From NCBI GenBank assembly GCA_963718915.1, contig CAVRAI010000001.1, forward strand, positions 210,001-242,000: a DNA stretch of 32,000 bases. The letters are read 5' to 3'. The notes below the pieces were generated by a model. That model was given only the letters and a program-made list of their open reading frames with translations. It did no database searches and had not been told where the DNA came from. Positions 8,214-16,453 of this stretch are shown in pieces; the first letter of the stretch is position 1, and the number at the start of each line of letters is the position of its first letter. The stretch comes from an uncultured Chloroflexia bacterium (GTDB taxonomy: Bacteria > Chloroflexota > Ktedonobacteria > Ktedonobacterales > JADMIN01). The position numbers were made by a program, and so were the translations under genes.

Positions 8214-9092
8214 ATGAATCAACGGTATCGCACGCAACGCTCTCCTCGAACATGGGTAGGTGGCATCGTCGGCGGACTGATGCTTGCTTGCCGCGCTCGC
8301 GCTGCTGGCCGCGTGCGGCGGCTATAGCTCGCCATCAGCCATCTATACGCCGCATCCCGGAGGCACGGCCATTCCACGGCCGGTACCGGGCCAGCGGCCT
8401 ACGCCTATCTCTACTCGCGGATTGATTATCCATTGCAGTTGGCGGTCAACGCGGGAGGCGACGTCACACTGACCCTCTCGCCGCAGCAGAATCTGCTGAT
8501 CGCGACGCCGGGCGCGGGTTCGGGCGTGGGCACGGTGGGCGAGCCGATTCCGCTGCCGACGCGGCTGAACGATTATAACGACATCGGCGCCTCGGTCGAT
8601 ACGGAGTCGTCAGGCAACAGCCCCGTCGTCTGGCAGCTTGTCAGCGCGCCGCGCCAGTCGCTGCTCTCGCCGGGCGGTCCAGGCACAGACCGCGCGTATC
8701 TGGATGCTGTGCACTTCACCTGGCATGTGGAGGCCGTCGCGCCGGGACAGAATCTGGTGCGCATCATTCTCCATCTCTACTACATTTATCTTGACGGCAG
8801 CGAGCATGATGGCACGATCGAGGTCTCGTCGTTGCCGACGCCAATCGTCGCGGTTCAGTCCACCATCGCCAATACGACGCTGCCCACCTGGCTCCCGTCG
8901 TGGCTAACTGACCAACTCACCACATGGCGGATACCGCTAGCGGGCTTGAGCGGGCTGGCGGGCCTGCTGGGTGTGATACGTTTCCTGTGGGATATGTTCC
9001 AGAATGCGCGGGACGCCAGAGAAGCGGCGCAGGGCGCGGCCAAAGCGGCGGTGGCGATCCGCACGCGCGTCAACCAGCGACGGCAACGATAA
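8214..9092 (+). pseudogene. Lipoprotein-like / C-terminally anchored protein interrupted by two compensating frameshifts (or two sequencing errors)
   Basis: The ATG at 8214 (RBS GGAGGCGGAG) gives MNQRYRTQRSPRTWVGGIVGGLM and then stops at 8325-8327. The +1 frame from 8284 reads LLAALALLAACGGYSSPSAIYTPHPGGTAIPRPVPG, a lipobox LLAAC, with G/C-rich third codon positions. From about 8391 the G/C-rich third positions return to the original frame (PAAYAYLYSRIDYPLQLAVNAGGDVTLTLSP...), which runs to 9092 and ends with a TM helix (LAGLSGLAGLLGVIRFLW). Confidence 0.45.
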
Positions 9093-9129
9093 CCCCGATC
9101 ATGGAGAGCGAGCCGAGAGACTACCAATC

Positions 9130-10068
9130 ATGACACAACCCATCCGGCCGCCCGAAAACGAATATCTGCGCCTCGCGCCTGAGGTGCGGGATGCGCTCGC
9201 GGCTGGGCGTCCGGTGGTCGCGCTGGAGTCAACCGTTATCGCGCACGGTCTGCCCCGGCCCACCAATCGCACCGTCGCGCGCGAGATGGAGGCGGCGGTG
9301 CGGGCGGAAGGCGCGATCCCGGCGACAATTGCGCTGCTCGACGGCCACATCGTCGTCGGGCTGAGCGAGGCCGAACTGGAGCGGCTCGCCACGACCGATG
9401 AGCCGGTCGCCAAAGCCAGTCGGCGCGGGCTGGCGGTTGCCCTGGCCCAGCGCTCGCTGGCCGCCACCACTGTCGCGGGCACGCTGGCATGCGCGGCGCT
9501 GGCGGGCATCCGCGTCTTCGCCACCGGCGGCATCGGTGGAGTCCATCGTGGCGCGGCGCAGAGCTTCGACATCTCAGCCGACCTGATCGAGCTTGGCCGC
9601 GCGCCTGTCGTCACCGTCTGCGCGGGCATCAAGGCAATCCTCGATCTGCCACTGACGCTCGAATATCTCGAAACCCAGGGCGTGCCCGTCATCGGCGCCC
9701 AGACCGACGACCTGCCCGCGTTCTACTGTCGCACCAGCGGCCTGCGCGTCCCCCTCCGCGCCGAGACGCCTACGGAGATTGGCACGATTGCGCGGGCGCA
9801 GTGGGAAAGCGGCCTTGGCGGTGGGTTGCTCGTCACCTGCCCCATCCCCGAAGCGGACGCGCTGCCAGAAAGCGTCTTCGCCGACGCGCTGGCCCAGGCG
9901 GAACGTGACGCCGCCGACGCGCACGTGACCGGCCCGGCGATCACACCGTTTCTGCTGGCGCGTATCGGCGCGCTGACCGAAGGCGCGAGCGTCGCGGCCA
10001 ACCGGGCGCTGCTGCTCAATAACGCCACCTGGGCGGCGCGTATCGCCGTCGCGCTCGCTACCCACTGA
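9130..10068 (+). CDS. psuG: Pseudouridine-5'-phosphate glycosidase
   Basis: VVALESTVIAHGLPRPTN, GIRVFATGGIGGVHRGAAQSFDISADL, VCAGIKAILDLPLTLEYLETQGVPVIG and LPAFYCRTSG closely match E. coli YeiN/PsuG. The start is placed at ATG 9130 (MTQPIRPP...). The track start at 9004 adds an Arg-rich extension overlapping the upstream gene. Confidence 0.9.
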   Translation: MTQPIRPPENEYLRLAPEVRDALAAGRPVVALESTVIAHGLPRPTNRTVAREMEAAVRAEGAIPATIALLDGHIVVGLSEAELERLATTDEPVAKASRRGLAVALAQRSLAATTVAGTLACAALAGIRVFATGGIGGVHRGAAQSFDISADLIELGRAPVVTVCAGIKAILDLPLTLEYLETQGVPVIGAQTDDLPAFYCRTSGLRVPLRAETPTEIGTIARAQWESGLGGGLLVTCPIPEADALPESVFADALAQAERDAADAHVTGPAITPFLLARIGALTEGASVAANRALLLNNATWAARIAVALATH

Positions 10069-10230
10069 ACACTGAAGTACTATTTCGCTCACACACTCTC
10101 GTGCTCGTTCCAGAGAATTTCGAGGGTGTCTACCTTCTTGCTCAACAATAGGAAACATGGGGCAGGACCGTCTGGCTGTTGTATCCCCCCATACCAATAG
10201 GTGTATACTCGCCTCATATTTCTCGCGGTC

Positions 10231-10252
10231 CTCGCACTTATCTCGCACTTAT
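10231..10252. repeat. Tandem repeat (ctcgcacttat) x2 in a 5' leader
   Basis: Two perfect 11-bp units at 10231-10241 and 10242-10252, 18 bp upstream of the ATG at 10271. Confidence 0.8.
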
Positions 10253-10270
10253 TTGGAAGGAGTAGCAGGG

Positions 10271-10945
10271 ATGACTCAGGAATCGCCTACGAGCAACAGG
10301 GAAGGCGCGCTTGAATCGGAGAACAGCGGTATCAGGGCTACGGGCGCTCCAGCGCACATCGTCGCCGGGAAGCGGACGCTGCCACCGGGAAGCAGCGACA
10401 AATACCCGCTGCCCGGTCGCTGGCCGCAGCCTGAAGCGTGGCCGGAATCCGACGTCGCGCCCAAACCTGAAGCGGAACCACAGCCGCCCGTAGAGCAACC
10501 GGTCATGATTGAGATCGAGATCGGGTCGCGCCATTCCGCCGTGAAGCGCTCCAACTGGTTACAGGCGCCGGATTACTGGCTGGCGGATCATCAATCGGTG
10601 CCTCGTCCGCGGACACGGTCACTGCCGCGCCCCAAGCGCTTTGTACGCGTGTCGCGCGCGCGCAGTTCCATGCTGCTGTTCGTCGCCGTGGTGGGCATTG
10701 CTATCGTCGGCGCGGGCATGGTGTACGCAGGCCATCTTACCTACGACTATTTCAATACGCCCCTCGCGCTGCCGACGACCCATCCCGCGACCGCGACTGC
10801 GACCGATCTTCCGGCAACCGCCACACCAACCGATATCCCGGTGACTGGTACCGCGACCGATGGCTCCGATGCTCAGGGAACCGTCACGCCTGATATCACG
10901 CCCGATACGACGCCCGACGTCACTCCCGTTATCCCAACACCCTGA
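10271..10945 (+). CDS. Single-pass membrane protein with a Thr/Pro/Asp-rich repetitive C-terminus
   Basis: The ATG at 10271 follows GGAAGGAG. The TM segment is MLLFVAVVGIAIVGAGMVYAG. The C-terminal tail is low complexity (TATATDLPATATPTDIPVTGTATDG...TPDITPDTTPDVTPVIPTP). Confidence 0.6.
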   Translation: MTQESPTSNREGALESENSGIRATGAPAHIVAGKRTLPPGSSDKYPLPGRWPQPEAWPESDVAPKPEAEPQPPVEQPVMIEIEIGSRHSAVKRSNWLQAPDYWLADHQSVPRPRTRSLPRPKRFVRVSRARSSMLLFVAVVGIAIVGAGMVYAGHLTYDYFNTPLALPTTHPATATATDLPATATPTDIPVTGTATDGSDAQGTVTPDITPDTTPDVTPVIPTP

Positions 10946-11306
10946 CCGTCGGGAGCGCTCCGCAACGCCCAGGTACCAGCTACCTGCCCATCTGGCGAGA
11001 TACCGGCAGGCTGCATGGTATCATAAACGTTCACAGTATCAGTAGTCAGTGGCAGACAGCTGCGGCCATGTATGCCAAATTTGGCGAATATGATACACTT
11101 GAGCAATAAAGCTTAGGATCTGTGATGAACTCAACGCGCATGACCGGAGAGCGCCTGGAATATGTGACGGGAAGAGCGACAAACCAGCGCAAAAGGCTCG
11201 GATAGCACAACCGGGCGATACTATTAGCGGGTTGTCGCCTCATCGGTCTGCCAATCTGCCAATTCTAGCGCATGCAACACCATACAACACAAGGCTTTGA
11301 AGGCAG

Positions 11307-11342
11307 CAGGCACGCCAGGCACGCCAGGCACGCCAGGCACGC
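11307..11342. repeat. Tandem repeat (caggcacgc) x4 immediately upstream of tnpB
   Basis: Four perfect 9-bp units at 11307-11342. The array ends 12 bp before the tnpB ATG (11355). Confidence 0.85.
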
Positions 11343-11354
11343 AGGGAGACAGCG

Positions 11355-12563
11355 ATGCGGCTGGTTGAGCGACACGTCATCAAGCGGATTGACCGGCGCT
11401 TCAACGCGATTGACCGCGCGGCCTTCGCCTCGAAAAACCTGTACAACAAGGCGCTCTACGCCTCCCGGCAGGCGTTCTTCCAGGACGGCTCGTTCCCAAG
11501 CTACCTCGCGCTCTATCGTCAGATGAAGAGCGAGCCGGAGTATGCGGCCTTGCCCCGCAAGGTCGCCCAATGGGTGCTCAAGCAGGTGTGCGCGGCCTGG
11601 GACAGCTACCGTGAGGCGCTCAGAACCTGGGAGACGGATCCCTCGCAGTTCTTGAATCAGCCACGCATCCCCCGCTACAAGCACAAGGAGCAGGGGCGCA
11701 ACCTGTTGGTCTACACCACTCAGGCGCTGAGTCGCCCTGCGTTACGCAACCAGGTGATTTGTCCTTCGATGCTGGACATCACTGTCCAGACTCAGCAGTC
11801 TAATATCCAGCAAGTGCGCATCATTCCACGTAGCGGCTTCTACGTGGTTGAAGTTGTCTATGCGCGAGAACCTACCCCGGCAGCCGTCAATCCCACATTG
11901 CATGCTGGCGTAGACATTGGATTGAACAATCTGGCCATGCTAACTTCAGACAAGCCGGGCTTTGTCCCGCGCGTCGTCAACGGGCGACCAGTGAAGTCCA
12001 TCAACCAGTTCTACAACAAGCGACGCGCGGCGTTACAAAGCCAGTTAGGGGGCGTGGGTACCAGCCGACGCTTGGAGTGCATCACGACGAAACGCACGCG
12101 CCGCATAGAGTGGTACCTGCACACCGCCTCACACCGCCTCATCGAGTTGCTGGTGACGGAGGGGATTGGAACCCTCTGCATCGGTAAGAATCCCGGTTGG
12201 AAACAGGGAGCAACTATGGGCCGACGGGGTAACCAGAACTTCGTGAGCATCCCCCATGCGCGCTTCGTCGCGATGCTGGCCTATAAAGCCGAGCTGGTGG
12301 GCATCCAGGTGTGCATCACGGAGGAGAGCTACACCAGCAAAGCGAGTTTTCTCGATGCGGACCTCCTGCCAGTCTATGGCACGGCGAATGTCTCGGTTTT
12401 CAGTGGGCGGCGTGTCAAACGTGGGTTGTATCGCGCAGCGGATGGGCGGCACATCAACGCGGATGTGAACGGCTCCTACAACATCATTCGCAAAGTAGCT
12501 CCTAATGCCTTCGCGCAAGGGAGTAGAGGGTGCGTAGTTCACCCTATACGGCTCGCCGTATAA
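11355..12563 (+). CDS. tnpB: IS200/IS605-family TnpB (OrfB) RNA-guided endonuclease homologue, zinc-ribbon-less subtype
   Basis: 402 aa. RuvC-I is HAGVDIGLNNLAMLT. The C-terminal part is ITEESYTSKASFLD...RVKRGLYRAADGRHINADVNGSYNIIRK (RuvC-III NADVNG). The middle part, LCIGKNPGWKQG...GNQNFVSIPHARFVAMLAYKAELVGIQV, is typical of the TnpB branch common in cyanobacteria and Chloroflexi. No tnpA gene is adjacent. Confidence 0.9.
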   Translation: MRLVERHVIKRIDRRFNAIDRAAFASKNLYNKALYASRQAFFQDGSFPSYLALYRQMKSEPEYAALPRKVAQWVLKQVCAAWDSYREALRTWETDPSQFLNQPRIPRYKHKEQGRNLLVYTTQALSRPALRNQVICPSMLDITVQTQQSNIQQVRIIPRSGFYVVEVVYAREPTPAAVNPTLHAGVDIGLNNLAMLTSDKPGFVPRVVNGRPVKSINQFYNKRRAALQSQLGGVGTSRRLECITTKRTRRIEWYLHTASHRLIELLVTEGIGTLCIGKNPGWKQGATMGRRGNQNFVSIPHARFVAMLAYKAELVGIQVCITEESYTSKASFLDADLLPVYGTANVSVFSGRRVKRGLYRAADGRHINADVNGSYNIIRKVAPNAFAQGSRGCVVHPIRLAV

Positions 12564-12590
12564 ACTGGGTCTATGGTTGTCCATAGGTCA
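11355..12590 (+). mobile_element. Solo-tnpB insertion sequence (IS1341-like); minimal extent only, true left and right ends not determined
   Basis: Contains tnpB plus a hairpin, ctatgg-ttgt-ccatag (12571-12586), 8 nt after the stop. No second copy is in the window to define the ends. No Y1 (HUH) or serine TnpA ORF lies in the 409 bp upstream. Confidence 0.4.
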
Positions 12591-12635
12591 GGAACTATAC
12601 TGTCAGCAGATACAATCTGGCGAGGAGCAATTCAG

Positions 12636-13346
12636 ATGGCAGCATTGGGCATCGGCAAGATCGTCGGTTCGGAATCACATGTGCGCTACACTTGCCAGAT
12701 ATTCGGCCCCGGCGAGGTCGCTACGCCGCCGGATCCCTCCGCGCACGCTTTTGGCGGCTTCGTCCGCCTGCCACTGCGGACGGCGCTGGCCGCTCCGGAT
12801 ATCGCCGCGCTCGAACCGCGCCCAACCGCCGCGATACGTAGCGACGCGCTGGTACCCGCGCCAGCGCAGCCGCTCTGGGCGGTGGGCTTCATCTACGACA
12901 CGATACTGGTCAATCCCGCCTTTGGCACGCTGGGGCCGCGTCTCTCCAACGACGAGCAGCTTACCCTCTTCTCGCCGGACTACCTGGCGGAGCGCGCCGT
13001 CCTTGTCTCGATCCTGGTGCTGGGCACGATGAGCGGTGAGGGCGCGCCAGCGGGTAGAGTGACGCATGGGGTGCCCGCGCTTGCGCCTGATCTGGGCGCG
13101 GTGGTCGAGCCGCTCACCGAGACGCAGCTGCGCGCCTTTCACACGTTTGCCGATACGTCGCAGTCGCGTCCGTACCTGCACCTAGGCTACCTGCCCCATA
13201 CCGTCGCGCAGAACCACCCGCTGCTGCCGCTGGCAATGTTGCGGACGGTCGAGCGGCTGGAGGCGCTGCTTCCGGAGAACGCCTCGTTGCTGGCAATCGT
13301 CAAGCGCAATCTGGCCTGGCGGCTCAAAGTGCTGGCGGCAGGGTAG
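12636..13346 (+). CDS. Hypothetical protein; N-terminal two thirds resemble a stand-alone HAS-barrel (HerA N-terminal-like) domain
   Basis: The ATG at 12636 is preceded by GAGGAG (12622-12627). MAALGIGKIVGSESHVRYTCQIF..FGGFVRLPL...LWAVGFIYDTILVNP...RAVLVSILVLGTMSGEG...GVPALAPDLGAVVEPLTETQLRAFH follows the strand pattern of HerA N-terminal barrels (iGxVvg...f.f, G.fV.i, a.v.vlG, P.pG..V....el). This is an inference, not a verified match. The gene ends 41 nt before the HerA-like gene. Confidence 0.55.
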   Translation: MAALGIGKIVGSESHVRYTCQIFGPGEVATPPDPSAHAFGGFVRLPLRTALAAPDIAALEPRPTAAIRSDALVPAPAQPLWAVGFIYDTILVNPAFGTLGPRLSNDEQLTLFSPDYLAERAVLVSILVLGTMSGEGAPAGRVTHGVPALAPDLGAVVEPLTETQLRAFHTFADTSQSRPYLHLGYLPHTVAQNHPLLPLAMLRTVERLEALLPENASLLAIVKRNLAWRLKVLAAG

Positions 13347-13387
13347 GTTACGCGGAACACAAGAGAAACGCGAGGCGGAAAATCACT

Positions 13388-15145
13388 ATGAGTGGCGCGC
13401 AATCACCCCAAACATCCCGCCCGGTTGGCATCACCAAAGGCCCCGGCGAAGCAATCCACGAATACACGCTGATCTCACGCGATGAACAGCGGCTGCTCAA
13501 AAACGGCGAATACGTCTATTACGAACTGGATGAGACCGCCAGCGGCTCGCCTGGCGCAACGGGCGCAAATGGCGCGCATGCCGCCACGCCGCGCCGCGTG
13601 CTGGGACGCATCCTGCGACGGGCGCCGGTGCAGCCTTTCCCCGACACCTTCCTCTCGGAACCTGAGGTATCGCCCTCCCAGGTTGCCGCGCTCGTCGGCT
13701 ATGATATGCGCGCCAGCGATCTCTTCGAGCTTCACGTCGGCATCATGGGCTATTACGATGAGACGTTAGGCTCCTTCGTCAACCCCTGGATTCCGCCCAG
13801 CTCCGGCACGCCCATCTATCTGGCCGAGGACGCCTGGCTCGCCACCGTGCTCTCGCGCAAGCAGGGCGGTCAGGTTGGCAGCGCCATCGTCGGCTCGCTG
13901 CTGACACGCCCGCCAACCGCCGTGCCGGTGGTGCTGGATGTCAAAGAACTGGTAAGCACTCACCTCGCCATCATCGCCAGCACCGGCGCGGGCAAGAGCT
14001 ATCTGGCCAGCGTTATCATCGAGGAGATGATGCGCCCCTACAACCGCGCCGCCGTCCTCATCATCGATCCCCACGGCGAATACAACACCTTGCAGGAGAT
14101 CGCGAACGACGAGGAGTTCCGTGCCCCGGAGCCAGCCAGCCCCGCGACGCGGCGCCAGCCACGCTATGAGGCGCGCACGCGCGTCTATCTGCACGACCAG
14201 GTGAAGGTGCGCATGAACACGCTGACGCTCGGCGACCTGCGCTACCTGCTGCCCAACATGACCGACAAGCAGCACCACTTCCTCAGCCGGGCGTTCGAGG
14301 CGCTACGGGCCGAGAAGAAGGGGCAGCCATGGGGCGCTGCCGACCTCAAGCGCCATGTGAGCAACGTCGGCAAGTCCGCGAACGAGGATAGCGGCGACGA
14401 TAGCGGCAACAGCACCATCGCCGCGCTGCACTGGAAGATCGACGAGCGGCTGGGCGACAACACGATGGTCTTCGACCAGTTCCAGCATCTCAATCTGAGC
14501 GAGGTGCTCCAGCCGGGGCAATGCACCGTCCTCCAGCTCAATGAGATCGACGAGCGCGACCAGCAGGTGATCGTCGCCACGCTGCTCCGACGTATCAACC
14601 AGGCGCGGATGGACACCGAGAAGGGCAAGGTACAGGCGAGCGACGAGCGCTTTCTGCCGTATCCCGTCTTCATCCTGCTGGAGGAGGCGCACCACTTCGC
14701 GCCGCATGACGGCGAGGCGATCACGACGGGCATTCTCAAGCAGGTGCTGGCCGAGGGACGCAAGTTTGGCATCGGCGTCGGGCTGATTAGCCAGCGTCCC
14801 GGCAAGCTGGACGCTGACGTGCTGAGCCAGTGCCTGACGCAGTGCATCATGCGCATCGTCAACGAGGTGGATCAGAAGAGCGTCGCCAGCGCCGTCGAAG
14901 GCGTGGGGCATGATCTACTACAGAACCTGCCTGCCCTCTCGAAGGGGCAAGCCATCATCGCGGGCAGCGCCATCAATACGCCAGTCATCTGCCGCGTGCG
15001 CGAGCGGATTACGCCGCACGGTGGCGAGAGCAAAGACGCCCCAGCGGAGTGGCAGGCGCATTTCGGCGTGGATGCAGTGGCGGGGCGCGCCCGCGATGAG
15101 GCGCTCCCCCGGCGCAACAATCGCCCATTCAACATCATGAAATAG
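13388..15145 (+). CDS. HerA-like / DUF87 hexameric ATPase (FtsK-HerA superfamily)
   Basis: 585 aa. N-terminal barrel region (GITKGPGEAIHEYTLIS..NGEYVYYELDE..VLGRILRRAPV). Walker A is HLAIIASTGAGKSYLASV and Walker B is VFILLEEAHHFAP. GIGVGLISQRPGKLDADVLSQC is also present, and the end is GQAIIAGSAINTPVICRVRERITPHGG, typical of HerA/COG0433. Confidence 0.85.
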   Translation: MSGAQSPQTSRPVGITKGPGEAIHEYTLISRDEQRLLKNGEYVYYELDETASGSPGATGANGAHAATPRRVLGRILRRAPVQPFPDTFLSEPEVSPSQVAALVGYDMRASDLFELHVGIMGYYDETLGSFVNPWIPPSSGTPIYLAEDAWLATVLSRKQGGQVGSAIVGSLLTRPPTAVPVVLDVKELVSTHLAIIASTGAGKSYLASVIIEEMMRPYNRAAVLIIDPHGEYNTLQEIANDEEFRAPEPASPATRRQPRYEARTRVYLHDQVKVRMNTLTLGDLRYLLPNMTDKQHHFLSRAFEALRAEKKGQPWGAADLKRHVSNVGKSANEDSGDDSGNSTIAALHWKIDERLGDNTMVFDQFQHLNLSEVLQPGQCTVLQLNEIDERDQQVIVATLLRRINQARMDTEKGKVQASDERFLPYPVFILLEEAHHFAPHDGEAITTGILKQVLAEGRKFGIGVGLISQRPGKLDADVLSQCLTQCIMRIVNEVDQKSVASAVEGVGHDLLQNLPALSKGQAIIAGSAINTPVICRVRERITPHGGESKDAPAEWQAHFGVDAVAGRARDEALPRRNNRPFNIMK

Positions 15146-15149
15146 CGAA

Positions 15150-15371
15150 GCAGGCTGGCGACTAAAGTCGCGCCTGAACAGCCTGCGGCCACGAAGTCCG
15201 CCTGCGCGGACTGCAGGGCGCGCGTTTCTCGCTTTGCGGCCCACGTTGCTGCCTTGCGCGCCCAGGCGACGCCCCACCGTGCATATGGTGGATAGGATGT
15301 TTTTGCAACCCGCGCAGGCGGGTTTTGTGGCGGAGCGCAAGCGAGGCCCTTTAGGCGCGGTTTTAACCGCC
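15150..15371 (-). repeat. Dispersed multi-hairpin repeat, copy A (inverted relative to copy B at 21927-22126)
   Basis: The reverse complement aligns with 21927-22126. One end module is about 85% identical by hand alignment (ggcggttRaaaccgcgcctRaagggcctcgct...tccgccacRaaaccYgcctgcgcRggttgca). The other is about 80% identical (ctgcagtccgcgcaggcggacttYgYgg...cgccag). The centres diverge. Hairpins: gcggtt/aaccgc, aacccgc/gcgggtt, agtccgc/gcggact. Confidence 0.8.
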
Positions 15372-15415
15372 AGCCGTTCTGGCGTGCCACTGTAACACCT
15401 GAATTGGCATCAGGC

Positions 15416-16324
15416 TTAGTCTTGCCTCTGGCCAAAGGCGACGTAGAACGGCAGAATACCACGGCCCTGGCGCTGCGCGAACTCCTGTTGCGCGCGTGTA
15501 TAGAGCGCGTCGTACCGTTCCGCGGGCATGATGTTCTGGGCGACGACACCCGCGCGGAGCGCCTTGCCAACCGCCAGACAGTCGGTCGCGGAGGCGCGCC
15601 CAATCCGCCCACCCCAGTCGCCCATCGGGAAGTTGAGCACCCGCTGCTGCACGTTGGCCAGTCCACCATTGCTCAGCATCTGCCCAATGTACCTGCCAAT
15701 GGTGAAGTCGACATTGCGGGTATTCAGGAAGTCAATCCAGCTCTGCCAGAGGCCCATGTAGCCGGGGCCGCCATCCTGCGCCGAGCCGCATTCGGCCAGC
15801 TCCACCCACCCGCCGCGCCGGGTCACGCGCACCAGTTCCTGGATGACGCCCGGCCAGCGGTCGCGCGGAATCGCGGTGATAAGGAGGCGCTGGTGGACAA
15901 AATCGAAGCTCTGGTCGGCGAAGGGCAGCCCTTCGAGGATGTTTCCGGCGGAGAAGATATAGTTCGCTGGGCGCACGTCAAGCCCCTGCCCCAGGCTACT
16001 CGCATCATCGGGCGGTGGCACCAGATCGAGCCCGACGACGCGCGCACCGGGGAAGAGTGTCGCCATCTCCATTGCCCAGCGCCCCGAGCCACCACCCACA
16101 TCCAGGATATCGGATGGTTGATTCACTGGCGCCGCATAGTTGCCCCGCTGGCCCGTACGCAGGAGGAAATGCTGGAAGTCCAGCCGGTTGATCTCGCCCA
16201 TATCTTTGGGCAGTGGGTAGGGCATGGCGGCGAGGTGCTGGCGGCCGCCAAACAGGCGGAATCGCTGGTCGGGGACATTCTCAAGCACGACATCATGTCT
16301 CTGGCGGCGAAACGGCCACATCAA
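15416..16324 (-). CDS. Class I SAM-dependent methyltransferase
   Basis: 302 aa. Motif I is ILDVGGGSGRWAMEMA, followed by VVGLDL, then FDFVHQRLL and LVRVTRRGGWVEL (post-I to III motifs). Confidence 0.85.
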   Translation of the reverse strand: MMWPFRRQRHDVVLENVPDQRFRLFGGRQHLAAMPYPLPKDMGEINRLDFQHFLLRTGQRGNYAAPVNQPSDILDVGGGSGRWAMEMATLFPGARVVGLDLVPPPDDASSLGQGLDVRPANYIFSAGNILEGLPFADQSFDFVHQRLLITAIPRDRWPGVIQELVRVTRRGGWVELAECGSAQDGGPGYMGLWQSWIDFLNTRNVDFTIGRYIGQMLSNGGLANVQQRVLNFPMGDWGGRIGRASATDCLAVGKALRAGVVAQNIMPAERYDALYTRAQQEFAQRQGRGILPFYVAFGQRQD

Positions 16325-16351
16325 CGATACTCCCTTTCATTGCACGACAGG

Positions 16352-16417
16352 CACAGCACAGACACAGCACAGACACAGCACAGACACAGCACAGACACAG
16401 CACAGACACAGCACAGG
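16352..16417. repeat. Tandem repeat (cacagcacaga) x6
   Basis: Five perfect 11-bp units at 16352-16406 plus a sixth with one change (cacagcacagg). The array lies between the stop of the 68-aa ORF (16454) and the methyltransferase start (16324). Confidence 0.9.
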
Positions 16418-16453
16418 CAGCCATGCGCCAGTGCGAAGCTGGCAGAGTTCGCG

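Noticed and set aside
10946-11354. Possible degraded tnpA (Y1 HUH transposase) upstream of tnpB
   Set aside because: I translated the candidate frames. They give only short ORFs (for example MYAKFGEYDTLEQ) with no HUH or catalytic Tyr motif.
11355-12563. TnpB as a nuclease-dead TldR-like repressor
   Set aside because: RuvC-I Asp and RuvC-III Asp are intact and the protein is full length. Only the RuvC-II position is unusual, and a nearby Glu pair could substitute. Inactivity therefore cannot be claimed from sequence.
12636-13346. The 236-aa HerA neighbour as NurA
   Set aside because: It has no DGS-type N-terminal motif and none of the conserved acidic/His pattern of NurA. It is shorter than NurA, and its N-terminus looks barrel-like instead.
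14872-15669. 265-aa minus-strand ORF, and the 143-aa ORF at 21772-22203
   Set aside because: Both are read through the dispersed hairpin repeats; the shared peptide LQSAQADF simply reflects the repeat. They also overlap real genes at their ends.
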